DNA from: a bacterium
Lineage (GTDB): Bacteria; UBA8248
Length of the DNA: 64,000 nt
Direction: 5' to 3'
NCBI GenBank assembly: GCA_965203325.1
Contig: OZ241875.1
Coordinates: forward strand, 2,656,001 to 2,720,000
Positions 9,217 to 16,957 of the stretch are shown here, in pieces (positions within the stretch are counted from its first letter, which is position 1; every line of letters begins with the position of its first letter). The notes beneath the pieces are model-generated. The model was not told where the DNA came from and did not search any database. It saw only the letters and a list, made by a program, of their open reading frames with translations. The position numbers were made by a program, and so were the translations under genes.

Positions 9217-10122
9217 CTAGCACCCGGCGTCCGTATACGCGGCGCGTTCCTCGTCCTTGAAGTCGTCCAGCAGGTTGTGCCCGCCCTCTTGTCCCTGCCG
9301 GACGGCGAAGATGGGCGGCGGCACGTCGGGGCGCCATTTGGTGGTCTCGGGCGGTTCGGGCCACTCATAGGGCAGGTGCCGGTAGGCGTTGGGCGCGTCC
9401 GCTTCTTCGAGCAGCGCGGCCATGTCCTCGCAAATCCGGCGCTGGCCCGCGTAATCGCCCACGACGCCCAACTGCCGCCCGAAGGGATACTGCACGAAAA
9501 CGGCTCTCGGCACGCAGACGCGCTCGGTGGTCTCGGGCACGTTGGAGATGATGACGGTGGCGATTCCCGCCTTTTCGATCTCGCGCTGAAGCAGTCCGCC
9601 GGACCGGTTGCAGAGCGGTCAGACCGGATAGAGAAAGGCCGCGTCCACGCCTTCGGCCTTCATCTTCTCGATCATCAGGGGCGCGGTGCGCTTCACCAGC
9701 GGGTTGAAGTTCGGGATGTAGCCCATGATGGAATAGAGCGTATCGGCCAGCGCGCCGATTTTCCCCTCCCGCTCGAAATCGAGAAAGATGTCGACCGGCC
9801 AGGAGACGTTCCTGTCCTCGGCCATGAACGAGGTGTCGACGTGCAGGTGGGAATATTCCACGTTGCCCTGGCCCGCCGTCCTGGGGATCTCCCGGTGGGT
9901 GGGGTCGCCCCAGGTGCCCTCGCGGCGCTCCCGTTCGTAGTCGAAAGAAACGTCGTCCTTCATGAAGATGCCGGCCGTGGAGACGAGGGTGACCCTGCAC
10001 TCCGCGAGCGGTTTCGCCATCGGCGTCCACGGCGTTTTGGCCGGGTCGGCGTGGCGCTGCGCCAGGACGCGCTCGCGCGAGGTGGGGTGGAAATAGAATC
10101 CATCGACTCTTTCGATTGGCAT
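9217..10122 (-). CDS. PrdB/GrdB-like selenoprotein (glycine/sarcosine/betaine/proline reductase selenoprotein B family), 301 aa, Sec at codon 168
   Basis: ORFs 9619..10140 and 9217..9540 are in one frame separated by a single TGA (9621-9619): ...VDAAFLYPV-U-PLCNRSGGLLQREIEKAGIATV...VPRAVFVQYPFG. N-half has KPLAECRVTLVSTAG, GDPTHREIP, EDRNVSWPVD. GAGGA RBS before ATG 10122. Confidence 0.9.
9577..9621 (-). promoter_or_regulatory. Putative bacterial SECIS element
   Basis: After UGA: ccgcu-CUG-c-AA-c-CGGUCC-ggc-GGACUG-c-UU-CAG-c-gcg. Hand-folded hairpin with a G-initiated apical loop 18 nt downstream of the UGA. Confidence 0.7.
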
Positions 10123-10150
10123 TATGATCCTCGAATTCATGTTTCAAGAT

Positions 10151-11419
10151 TCAGGCGGGAGACGCTCCTCTCTTATCTCTTTTCACCCAGCCGAGCAACA
10201 CGGCGAAGAAGCCGCAGAGAAAGAACATGAGCGCGAAGGCCGACAAGCCCCACAGATAGGAGCCGTGCAGGTCGAACAATGCGCCCGTCGTCCATGGCCC
10301 CGCCGAGCCCCAGAGGGCGAAGCCCATCATCGCCACGCCGTTCACGCGCCCGAAGCCCGGGCCTTCGAAATAATCCGCGAGGATGGCCGAGCCGGTGGGC
10401 CGTATGAGGCCGAGCGCCAGACCGTTGGTTATCGTGCCGATGTAGAAGCGGAACTCGGGGTCTCCCTTCTCGTAGGTGGCGAGAACGAGGGCGGAGGCGA
10501 TTCCGAGCGCGTTGCCGATGAGGTAGGTCGGCACCCGTCCCAGCCGGTCCGAGACCGGGCTTACGAGGTTCGCCCCCACCTGGCAAAGCCCCCATATGGC
10601 GAACAGCACGCTCGCGGTCTGGAGCGAGAAGCCCTGGTCGGTGGCGTGGGGCACCAGATGCACGAGCATGCCCGCGAAGGCGTAGGCCATGGGCAGGAAC
10701 GAGCCCATGAAGAAGAAAAACGGCAGGTTGTACATGGAGACCGGCGGCCCGTCGGCGGATGGAGGCGCTGGTTCCGGCGCTCCTTCTTCCGGTAGGTTCT
10801 GGACGAAGGGCGCGTCGGCGATGGTGCCTTTCTCGGATGGGTGGTCCCTGTGAAAAATGATGCAGACGGGGAGCACGATGAGCAGCGTCACGCCCGCCAG
10901 CGCGAGATAGCTCATCCGCCAGCCCAAGGCCGCGATGAGGTAGGGCGTGGCGATGTTCAGGCAGAAGGCCCCTCCCTGGCAGGTGTTGGAAATGCCTAAG
11001 GCGAGCCCTCTTTTTTTCACGAACCAGTTCGAGAGCGTGGGCACCTGGGCGATCCACGTGCTCGCGGCGAAGCCCGCGCACAGGCCGATGTACATCAGGT
11101 AAAAATGCCAGAGCGAGGTGATCTGGCTCCCGATGAGCAGGGAGAGGCCGAACACCACGACCCCCGCCGACATCGACGCCCGGATGCTCCAGCGGTCGGA
11201 GAAGATGCCCGCCAGCGGCGAGATGATCGCCTGGGCCACCATCCCGATGGAAAAAGCCGCCGCCGTCGCGCCCCGGCTCCAGCCCAGCTCGCCCGAGATT
11301 TCCTTGAAGAAGGGCCCGATGGTGGCGCGGAAGGCGATGAGGGTGATCATGACGAGGAAGACCACGCCCAGGACCACCCAGCCGTACCAGAGGCGCGAAT
11401 CGTCCCGCATGGCGTCCAT
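10151..11419 (-). CDS. MFS transporter (OFA/MCT-like), copy 2
   Basis: WYGWVVL, WFVKKRGLALG, SDRLGR; many hydrophobic segments. Confidence 0.9.
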   Translation of the reverse strand: MDAMRDDSRLWYGWVVLGVVFLVMITLIAFRATIGPFFKEISGELGWSRGATAAAFSIGMVAQAIISPLAGIFSDRWSIRASMSAGVVVFGLSLLIGSQITSLWHFYLMYIGLCAGFAASTWIAQVPTLSNWFVKKRGLALGISNTCQGGAFCLNIATPYLIAALGWRMSYLALAGVTLLIVLPVCIIFHRDHPSEKGTIADAPFVQNLPEEGAPEPAPPSADGPPVSMYNLPFFFFMGSFLPMAYAFAGMLVHLVPHATDQGFSLQTASVLFAIWGLCQVGANLVSPVSDRLGRVPTYLIGNALGIASALVLATYEKGDPEFRFYIGTITNGLALGLIRPTGSAILADYFEGPGFGRVNGVAMMGFALWGSAGPWTTGALFDLHGSYLWGLSAFALMFFLCGFFAVLLGWVKRDKRGASPA

Positions 11420-11423
11420 GGCC

Positions 11424-12713
11424 CTAGGCGCGCTCTTCGCGCGGCATGCGCGTGAGGCTCACCACGAAAACCGCGCCCGTGACGAACATGCAGCCCACGA
11501 GGAGGAAACCCGCGTAGTAGTTACCGCTCGCATCGAAGAGCATGCCCGTCACGAGGGGGCCCAAAGCGCCCACGACCGAGAAGACCATCATCGCGCACCC
11601 GTTCACGAGGCCGAAGCCCCGCCCCGCGAAATGATCCGCCAGAAGGGAAGACGCCGTGGGCCGGACGAATCCCAGAGCGAAGCCCACCCCCATCGCGCCC
11701 GCGTATATCCGCCACCCGGCCGACGCTTGCGTGAAGGCGGCCAGGAGGTAGCACGCGGCCACCCCGCACACCACCCCCACCATGAAGGTGGGGAGCCTCC
11801 CGATGCGATCCGATACCGCGCTCAGCCCGTTTCCCGCGACGAGGGCCGCCCCGTAAAGGGCGAAGAGTGCTGCGCCCCCCGAGGGGGAGAAGCCCTGGTC
11901 CGTCGCGTGGGGGATCAGGTGCACCAGGACGGCGGTGAAGATGTAGGCGATGCTGCCGTAGATGCCGCCGAGCAGCATGAACCTGCGGGTGAAGAAAAAA
12001 GAGAATGAGGCGGTCTCTTTCTCCTTATCTAAAGGGATGATGACGGCGGCTCTGGCGCGGGCGCGGGAGAATTCCTCGGAAGTGAGAAAGGGCGCGTCGG
12101 GCGCGGTGCGCTTCTCTCTGGGGTGCTCGCGCAGCAGCGCCACGGCGAAGGGCAGCAGGAAAAGAAGCACGACCCCCGCCAGCGCGAGGTAGCTCGCCCG
12201 CCAGCCGAAGGCCGCGATGAGCAGGGGGGTGAAGATGTTCACGATGGGCGCGAAGCCCTGGGCGGCGTGCGAAAATCCCATCGCGAGCCCGCGTTTCAGA
12301 ACGAACCAGTTGGCGAGCAGTTGCACCTGGGGCAGGTTGGCCGTGAAGGCGAAGCCCAGCGAGAGCAGGAAATACATGGCGTAGAAATGCCAGAGCGCGC
12401 CGATGTAGGCGCCGATGATGAGCGCCGCGCCGTTCACGAGAATGCCCGCCCCGATGACCCAGCGCATGTTGAAGCGCTCGAGCACCCATCCCGCGAAGGG
12501 GGCCACCAGCCCCTGGCCGAGCATGCCCATGGTGAAGGCGGCGGCGGTCTGCGCGCGGTTCCAGCCGAACTCGCCCGATATCTCCTTGAAGAAGACGCCG
12601 ATGGAGTTCCTGATGCCGATGACCACCGTCATGACGATGAAGACGCTGAGGAGGATCACCCAGCCGTACCACAGGCGCAGTTCTTTTCGGGTCTGGTAGC
12701 GCGATGCGATCAA
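11424..12713 (-). CDS. MFS transporter (OFA/MCT-like), copy 1
   Basis: WYGWVIL, WFVLKRGLAMG, SDRIGR; probable TTG start at 12713 overlapping the NifU-like stop (TTGA). Confidence 0.85.
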   Translation of the reverse strand: MIASRYQTRKELRLWYGWVILLSVFIVMTVVIGIRNSIGVFFKEISGEFGWNRAQTAAAFTMGMLGQGLVAPFAGWVLERFNMRWVIGAGILVNGAALIIGAYIGALWHFYAMYFLLSLGFAFTANLPQVQLLANWFVLKRGLAMGFSHAAQGFAPIVNIFTPLLIAAFGWRASYLALAGVVLLFLLPFAVALLREHPREKRTAPDAPFLTSEEFSRARARAAVIIPLDKEKETASFSFFFTRRFMLLGGIYGSIAYIFTAVLVHLIPHATDQGFSPSGGAALFALYGAALVAGNGLSAVSDRIGRLPTFMVGVVCGVAACYLLAAFTQASAGWRIYAGAMGVGFALGFVRPTASSLLADHFAGRGFGLVNGCAMMVFSVVGALGPLVTGMLFDASGNYYAGFLLVGCMFVTGAVFVVSLTRMPREERA

Positions 12714-13048
12714 GTCGATGACTGGTCTTTGAGCGGATGCCCCACCCAAAACGAATAGCCGGAGTAGAATTTCTCCACCCGTTTGATGGCGTGATCGGAG
12801 ATGCGAACGCCCTCGACGGCGACGTCCGTGACGCCGGGGTGCTGCATGAGCTTCTGGCGCACGCCCAGGGCGTAGGTGACGCTCTTGAGCATGCAGCCCC
12901 GGCACGCGCCCTCGAAGCGAAGCGAGACTTCGCCGTTCTCGCTCACGCCCTCGAGCGTGATACCCCCGCCGTGAATCTTGAGAAGCGGGCGAATCTGCGT
13001 CTCGATGATGTCCTCGACGTCTGAGATTAAGGCTTCGTGCTCGTTCAT
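12710..13048 (-). CDS. NifU/NfuA C-terminal domain protein
   Basis: IRPLLKIHGGGI...FEGACRGC motif; ATGA overlap with the upstream amidohydrolase. Confidence 0.85.
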   Translation of the reverse strand: MNEHEALISDVEDIIETQIRPLLKIHGGGITLEGVSENGEVSLRFEGACRGCMLKSVTYALGVRQKLMQHPGVTDVAVEGVRISDHAIKRVEKFYSGYSFWVGHPLKDQSST

Positions 13049-14073
13049 CCCGCCGCTCCGTTCCAGAGTTCCCGTTTCTTCGCCTCCACGTCCACGCCGA
13101 AGATGCGCGCCTGGTTGAGTCCCAGGATGTTGCGCTTGTCCTCTTCCGTGATCTGCGGATAGCCGTAGTCGTCCTGCATGGATTCGGGGATCTCCATCTC
13201 CCATATCCACTCGATGACGGGCTTCGCGTTCCCCAGGAGCGCCATCTCCGAACCCCAGAGCACTCGCTCGGAGCCCACGTCGCGGAGCAGCCTGCCCATC
13301 CACTCGGTGAAAGTCCTCGGCGCGATCATCGGCGTGTGGCCGATGCCCGAGAGCACCAGGAACACGTTCTCGTAGCGGTTCGCCATCCAGACGACTTCCT
13401 CGAAATAGGGCACCGCCAGGTGGTGGACGCCGAAGAGGAGATCGGGAAAATCGAGCGCCGCGCCCTCGATGTCGAGCGGCGAGAGGTCGCGCAGCTTCGC
13501 CCGCGTGATGGGGTTTCCCTTGTGGAACTGGAACACCTCGACACCCAGCTCGCGTCCTTTCTCATAGAGGGGATAGGCGATTTCGGGGTCGTCGCACGCC
13601 CAGGATTTCCCGTCCACGTGGGCGTTGTAGATCTTGATGGACCGCGCCCCCCACTCCTTCACCTGGCGCTCCATCTCCTCGCACGCGGCGGCCACGCTCG
13701 GGTACATGGGGTCCACGGCCCCGCAGAACAGGCAGCGTTCGGGATAGGCCTGCGCGAAAGCGTACTGCGCCTTCACGGGCGCGAAGCCGTCCTTATAAAG
13801 ATCGAACAGGGGCACGGCCTGGGCCATCGCCATGTCGGTGCCCGAATCCTCGAAGACGAGGCGGCCCATGTCCTCGACGGTCCAGCGGCGCTTGAAGCCC
13901 TCCACCGGGTGCCAGTTCGCGTAGACGTCGGTGGGCGCGGTCCGCCTCCTGCCCAGCACCTTGCTCACGTGGTAGTGGCGGTCGTATTCGCTTTGCTCCG
14001 AGACGAGGTTCTCATCCGAGTAGTCGTACATGTGCACCACGTTGTCGAAGACGAATACGTCGCCGCGGATCAT
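13045..14073 (-). CDS. Amidohydrolase family (TIM-barrel metal-dependent) protein
   Basis: DNVVH, FHKG, VHH, RVLWGSE, ITEEDKRNILGLNQARIFG; AAGGAG RBS. Confidence 0.8.
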   Translation of the reverse strand: MIRGDVFVFDNVVHMYDYSDENLVSEQSEYDRHYHVSKVLGRRRTAPTDVYANWHPVEGFKRRWTVEDMGRLVFEDSGTDMAMAQAVPLFDLYKDGFAPVKAQYAFAQAYPERCLFCGAVDPMYPSVAAACEEMERQVKEWGARSIKIYNAHVDGKSWACDDPEIAYPLYEKGRELGVEVFQFHKGNPITRAKLRDLSPLDIEGAALDFPDLLFGVHHLAVPYFEEVVWMANRYENVFLVLSGIGHTPMIAPRTFTEWMGRLLRDVGSERVLWGSEMALLGNAKPVIEWIWEMEIPESMQDDYGYPQITEEDKRNILGLNQARIFGVDVEAKKRELWNGAAG

Positions 14074-14167
14074 GAGAGGAAACTCCTTCCGTGGGACAAG
14101 AATCACCACCGCCAGATTAGCACACGGCGCGCGGGCGTGTCAGATGTTGGAAGGATTTCAGGTTTCG

Positions 14168-15046
14168 CTAGTTGATGATGTTTGTTTTTATTCCCTGCGT
14201 TTTCCAATTTTCGAAAACATAATCCACGAATCCATCAACGGGTTTTGAATTGCATATCCGTGCGAGTTCGTTGCCTGAGCTTGTTAGTATTGCTTTGCCT
14301 GTTTCTATGCCGAATTTTTCACCTTTATTCTTTTCTGGCATTTCTACGGCTATTTTTTTGCCAAAATAATTTACATGAAAAGCTCTTTGGGAAAAAGTTA
14401 ATGTAAATCCAGCAGTAGAATTAAAACTAATGAGTCCTATGTCGTTGAGGTGAGAAAAAGCTTCGAATTCTACGTTTTGTTTAGTGTAAATTTCTGCATT
14501 ATGGTCATAAATTAACGGCACAGAACGATATCCAATTGTCATAATAAATGAACAAAAGGAAGTGAATAAACCTGCGTCTTTTTTATCGAGAGAACCTAAC
14601 AAATTCACCGTCCTTTTGGTGTAGGTTCCAGGCTCGTTTGCTTCTCCCGCCAGAATTTTCGACCAAAGTTGTTGCATATCGTCATCCGAGATGATTCGAC
14701 ATTTATCAAAGAAATTCACGATCCAATCATCTTCTATTTCTTCTGGTTTTAAAGAATCCCCTGCCACACGCGGAATAGCTTTTTCTATGATGGATTCCAT
14801 GTTTTCCTGTTTTTTGGCTTCTTCAGAAATGAAGCGTAGTGCAGCTCGTTGTTGTAATTCTTTGTTTTTTAATTGCCCTTGCGTCTTGATAAGGTCCGCA
14901 TCGGCTTCTGCTTGAGCGACATTTCTAATGCGGCGAGGTTCATACAAAATGCCAGTTAGATCAAAAATTCTATCTATGAGTCGAGTGAGGGGCTTAGAAA
15001 GACCGAGAGCATCTTCAATTTTAATAAGGGATTTATCATCAGACAT
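14168..15046 (-). CDS. DUF2806-domain protein in an AT-rich segment
   Basis: KKQENMESI, DDWIVNFFDKCRIISDDDMQQLWSKILAGE...PGTYT pattern; visibly lower GC than its neighbours. Confidence 0.75.
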   Translation of the reverse strand: MSDDKSLIKIEDALGLSKPLTRLIDRIFDLTGILYEPRRIRNVAQAEADADLIKTQGQLKNKELQQRAALRFISEEAKKQENMESIIEKAIPRVAGDSLKPEEIEDDWIVNFFDKCRIISDDDMQQLWSKILAGEANEPGTYTKRTVNLLGSLDKKDAGLFTSFCSFIMTIGYRSVPLIYDHNAEIYTKQNVEFEAFSHLNDIGLISFNSTAGFTLTFSQRAFHVNYFGKKIAVEMPEKNKGEKFGIETGKAILTSSGNELARICNSKPVDGFVDYVFENWKTQGIKTNIIN

Positions 15047-15236
15047 ATCGAAACACCTTCCCTAGTATTCGAGTTGGGCTATCGGAGCATAGTATCTGGA
15101 GAAATTTTTTTCAAAAGTGAACGCTAGGAAATTGCCCTAACCTACCTAGAGTTCCCGTCGCCGTTGGACTTGGGCTTTATGTGCGCGTAGAAAAGGCTCT
15201 GGTTTTTCACGCAGCCAGGGAATCGAGGAGCATGGA

Positions 15237-16106
15237 ATGGACTGGGTGACGCTCGCCGTCATAGCGGCCCTCGCGCAGGTGCTCAGAAACGCGGCGATGA
15301 AATCCATCGGCCACAAGCTCGATGAGTACATCAACGTGCTGGGGCGGTTCGCGTTCCTGCTGCCCTTCGCGGCCGCCGCGGTGTGGATGAGGGGCGTGCC
15401 CGAGATACAGCCCGGCTTCTGGTGGTATTGCGTCCTCTTCGGCTTCCTGCAGACCTCGGCCACGCTCTCGCTCTCGAAGGCGCTCCTCTACGGCTCGATG
15501 GGCGTGGTGACCTCGCTGTGGAAGCTCGCGACCATCTGGCTGGTGGTGCTCGCTTTCATCACGCTGGGCGAGGCGCCCTCGGCCTGGGGGCTTCTGGGCA
15601 TTTTCGTCACCCTGGCGGGTGTCTACGGGCTGAACGTCTCGCGCGCGCGGATCGGCTGGTTCGAGCCCGTGCGCGCCATATTCACCGACAAGGGGATGCG
15701 CTACACCGTGCTCGCCTCGCTGCTCTACGCGCCCTCGGTGATCACCTTTAAGCAGGCGGCGGTGCTCTCGGACGCGACTTTCGGGACGTTCATGACCTAT
15801 GCGGCGGCGTCGATCGTCGTTTTGCCGCTCACCCTGTGGAAATCCGCCGAACACTTCAAGGACGCCCCCAGACTCTGGAAGGGCTTCGTCTCCCTGGGGC
15901 TGTTCGCCTTCATCACGAGCCTCGCCCAGGCGGAGGCCTACCGGCTCACGCTCACTTCTTATGTGGAGTCGGTGAAGCAGGTCGAGATTCTCCTGGCCAT
16001 CGGGATCGGCTACGTCTTCTTCAGGGAGCGCGACCGCGTGCGCGAAACGCTCCTGGGCGGCGTGGTGATCCTGGCGGGAATCGTTCTCCTGATCCTGGCG
16101 GGGTGA
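15237..16106 (+). CDS. DMT/EamA family transporter
   Basis: About 10 hydrophobic segments in two repeats; TLGE and FFRE motifs; YVESVKQ. Confidence 0.85.
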   Translation: MDWVTLAVIAALAQVLRNAAMKSIGHKLDEYINVLGRFAFLLPFAAAAVWMRGVPEIQPGFWWYCVLFGFLQTSATLSLSKALLYGSMGVVTSLWKLATIWLVVLAFITLGEAPSAWGLLGIFVTLAGVYGLNVSRARIGWFEPVRAIFTDKGMRYTVLASLLYAPSVITFKQAAVLSDATFGTFMTYAAASIVVLPLTLWKSAEHFKDAPRLWKGFVSLGLFAFITSLAQAEAYRLTLTSYVESVKQVEILLAIGIGYVFFRERDRVRETLLGGVVILAGIVLLILAG

Positions 16107-16134
16107 ATTCCGGCCGAAGAGGGAGGAATTCCAG

Positions 16135-16405
16135 CCGCAGGGGTCAGACATATATGTCTGACTATGTGTCCGCCCTGCCCCCGTGGTTGTTCCTGCGATG
16201 AACAATTCGATGATCGGGATTCCTTCCTCGCCCTGAAAGGACAGCCCCTCCTCGGGGCTGTCCCGCCCCCCCTACCCCCCCTTGTCAGGGGTCAAACGCG
16301 AGTGATGAACGAGCGTTTGCATGAGCCATTGACGAGAAACACATCGTCTTGCAAAACCTCCCTCTTCGGTCGGTTTTGACCCCTGACAAGGGGGGTAGGG
16401 GGGGG
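16135..16405. repeat. REP/MITE-like repeat cluster left of the surface lipoprotein
   Basis: Palindromic GTCAGACATATATGTCTGAC unit (16135-16162) and an inverted pair of CCCCCTACCCCCCCTTGTCAGGGGTCAAA (16266-16296 / 16375-16405). Confidence 0.8.
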
Positions 16406-16683
16406 TGCTTTTCCAGTCGAGAGAGGCGGTTCTTCTACCCCCTGAAAAGGGTGCTTTCAAGACGAAGGCGGGGAATTCCCGGAAAAAAAGCCGTTCTGGG
16501 GCATAGACCCGGCGAAACGTCGGGTTTCTGGGGTCCGATAATTGCTGTTATCGGCCCCCAGAAGCCCCGTTTTGCGCCGAACAACCCGATTCGGGCCGCA
16601 TTTGGGCCGCAAATGAGCGAAAAATGAGCGAAAAAAGGCGCAAAACGGCGCCCGAAACCCCTCCGGGGACCCCGGAATTGCGC

Positions 16684-16711
16684 TTGACATGGCCGTGAGA
16701 GGTGTTATATT
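16684..16711 (+). promoter_or_regulatory. Sigma70-type promoter for the lipoprotein gene
   Basis: TTGACA-N16-TATATT with an extended -10 TG. Confidence 0.65.
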
Positions 16712-16957
16712 TTCTGATAACAGCAATTAACGGCGGCCAGGCCGGGAAAGGCTGACGCATACCGAAGGAATCTGCCTCTCGCGGAACTGCCGGCCCGGAC
16801 CATGCGTGGGCCAAGCCTACCATATTTCGGGCGGCCGAAAATACGAATCATCAGTTTGTGAAGGCCCGAAATAAAAGCTCACGAAAGGAGGTTAATCGGA
16901 GAAAGCCGGAAATTCACGGAAAATCCCTTTTTCTATGTATTCAGGAGGACTCACTAA

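Noticed and set aside
9217..9540. Separate 107-aa gene, or a pseudogene interpretation of the split
   Set aside because: The frame is continuous with the upstream ORF through one TGA in a UxxC motif with a SECIS-like hairpin.
16731..16815. Cyclic di-GMP-I riboswitch (GAAAGGCTGACGCA resembles part of the motif)
   Set aside because: The GGCAAAC and GCAAAG elements and a convincing P2 stem are missing; kept only as an unspecified leader.
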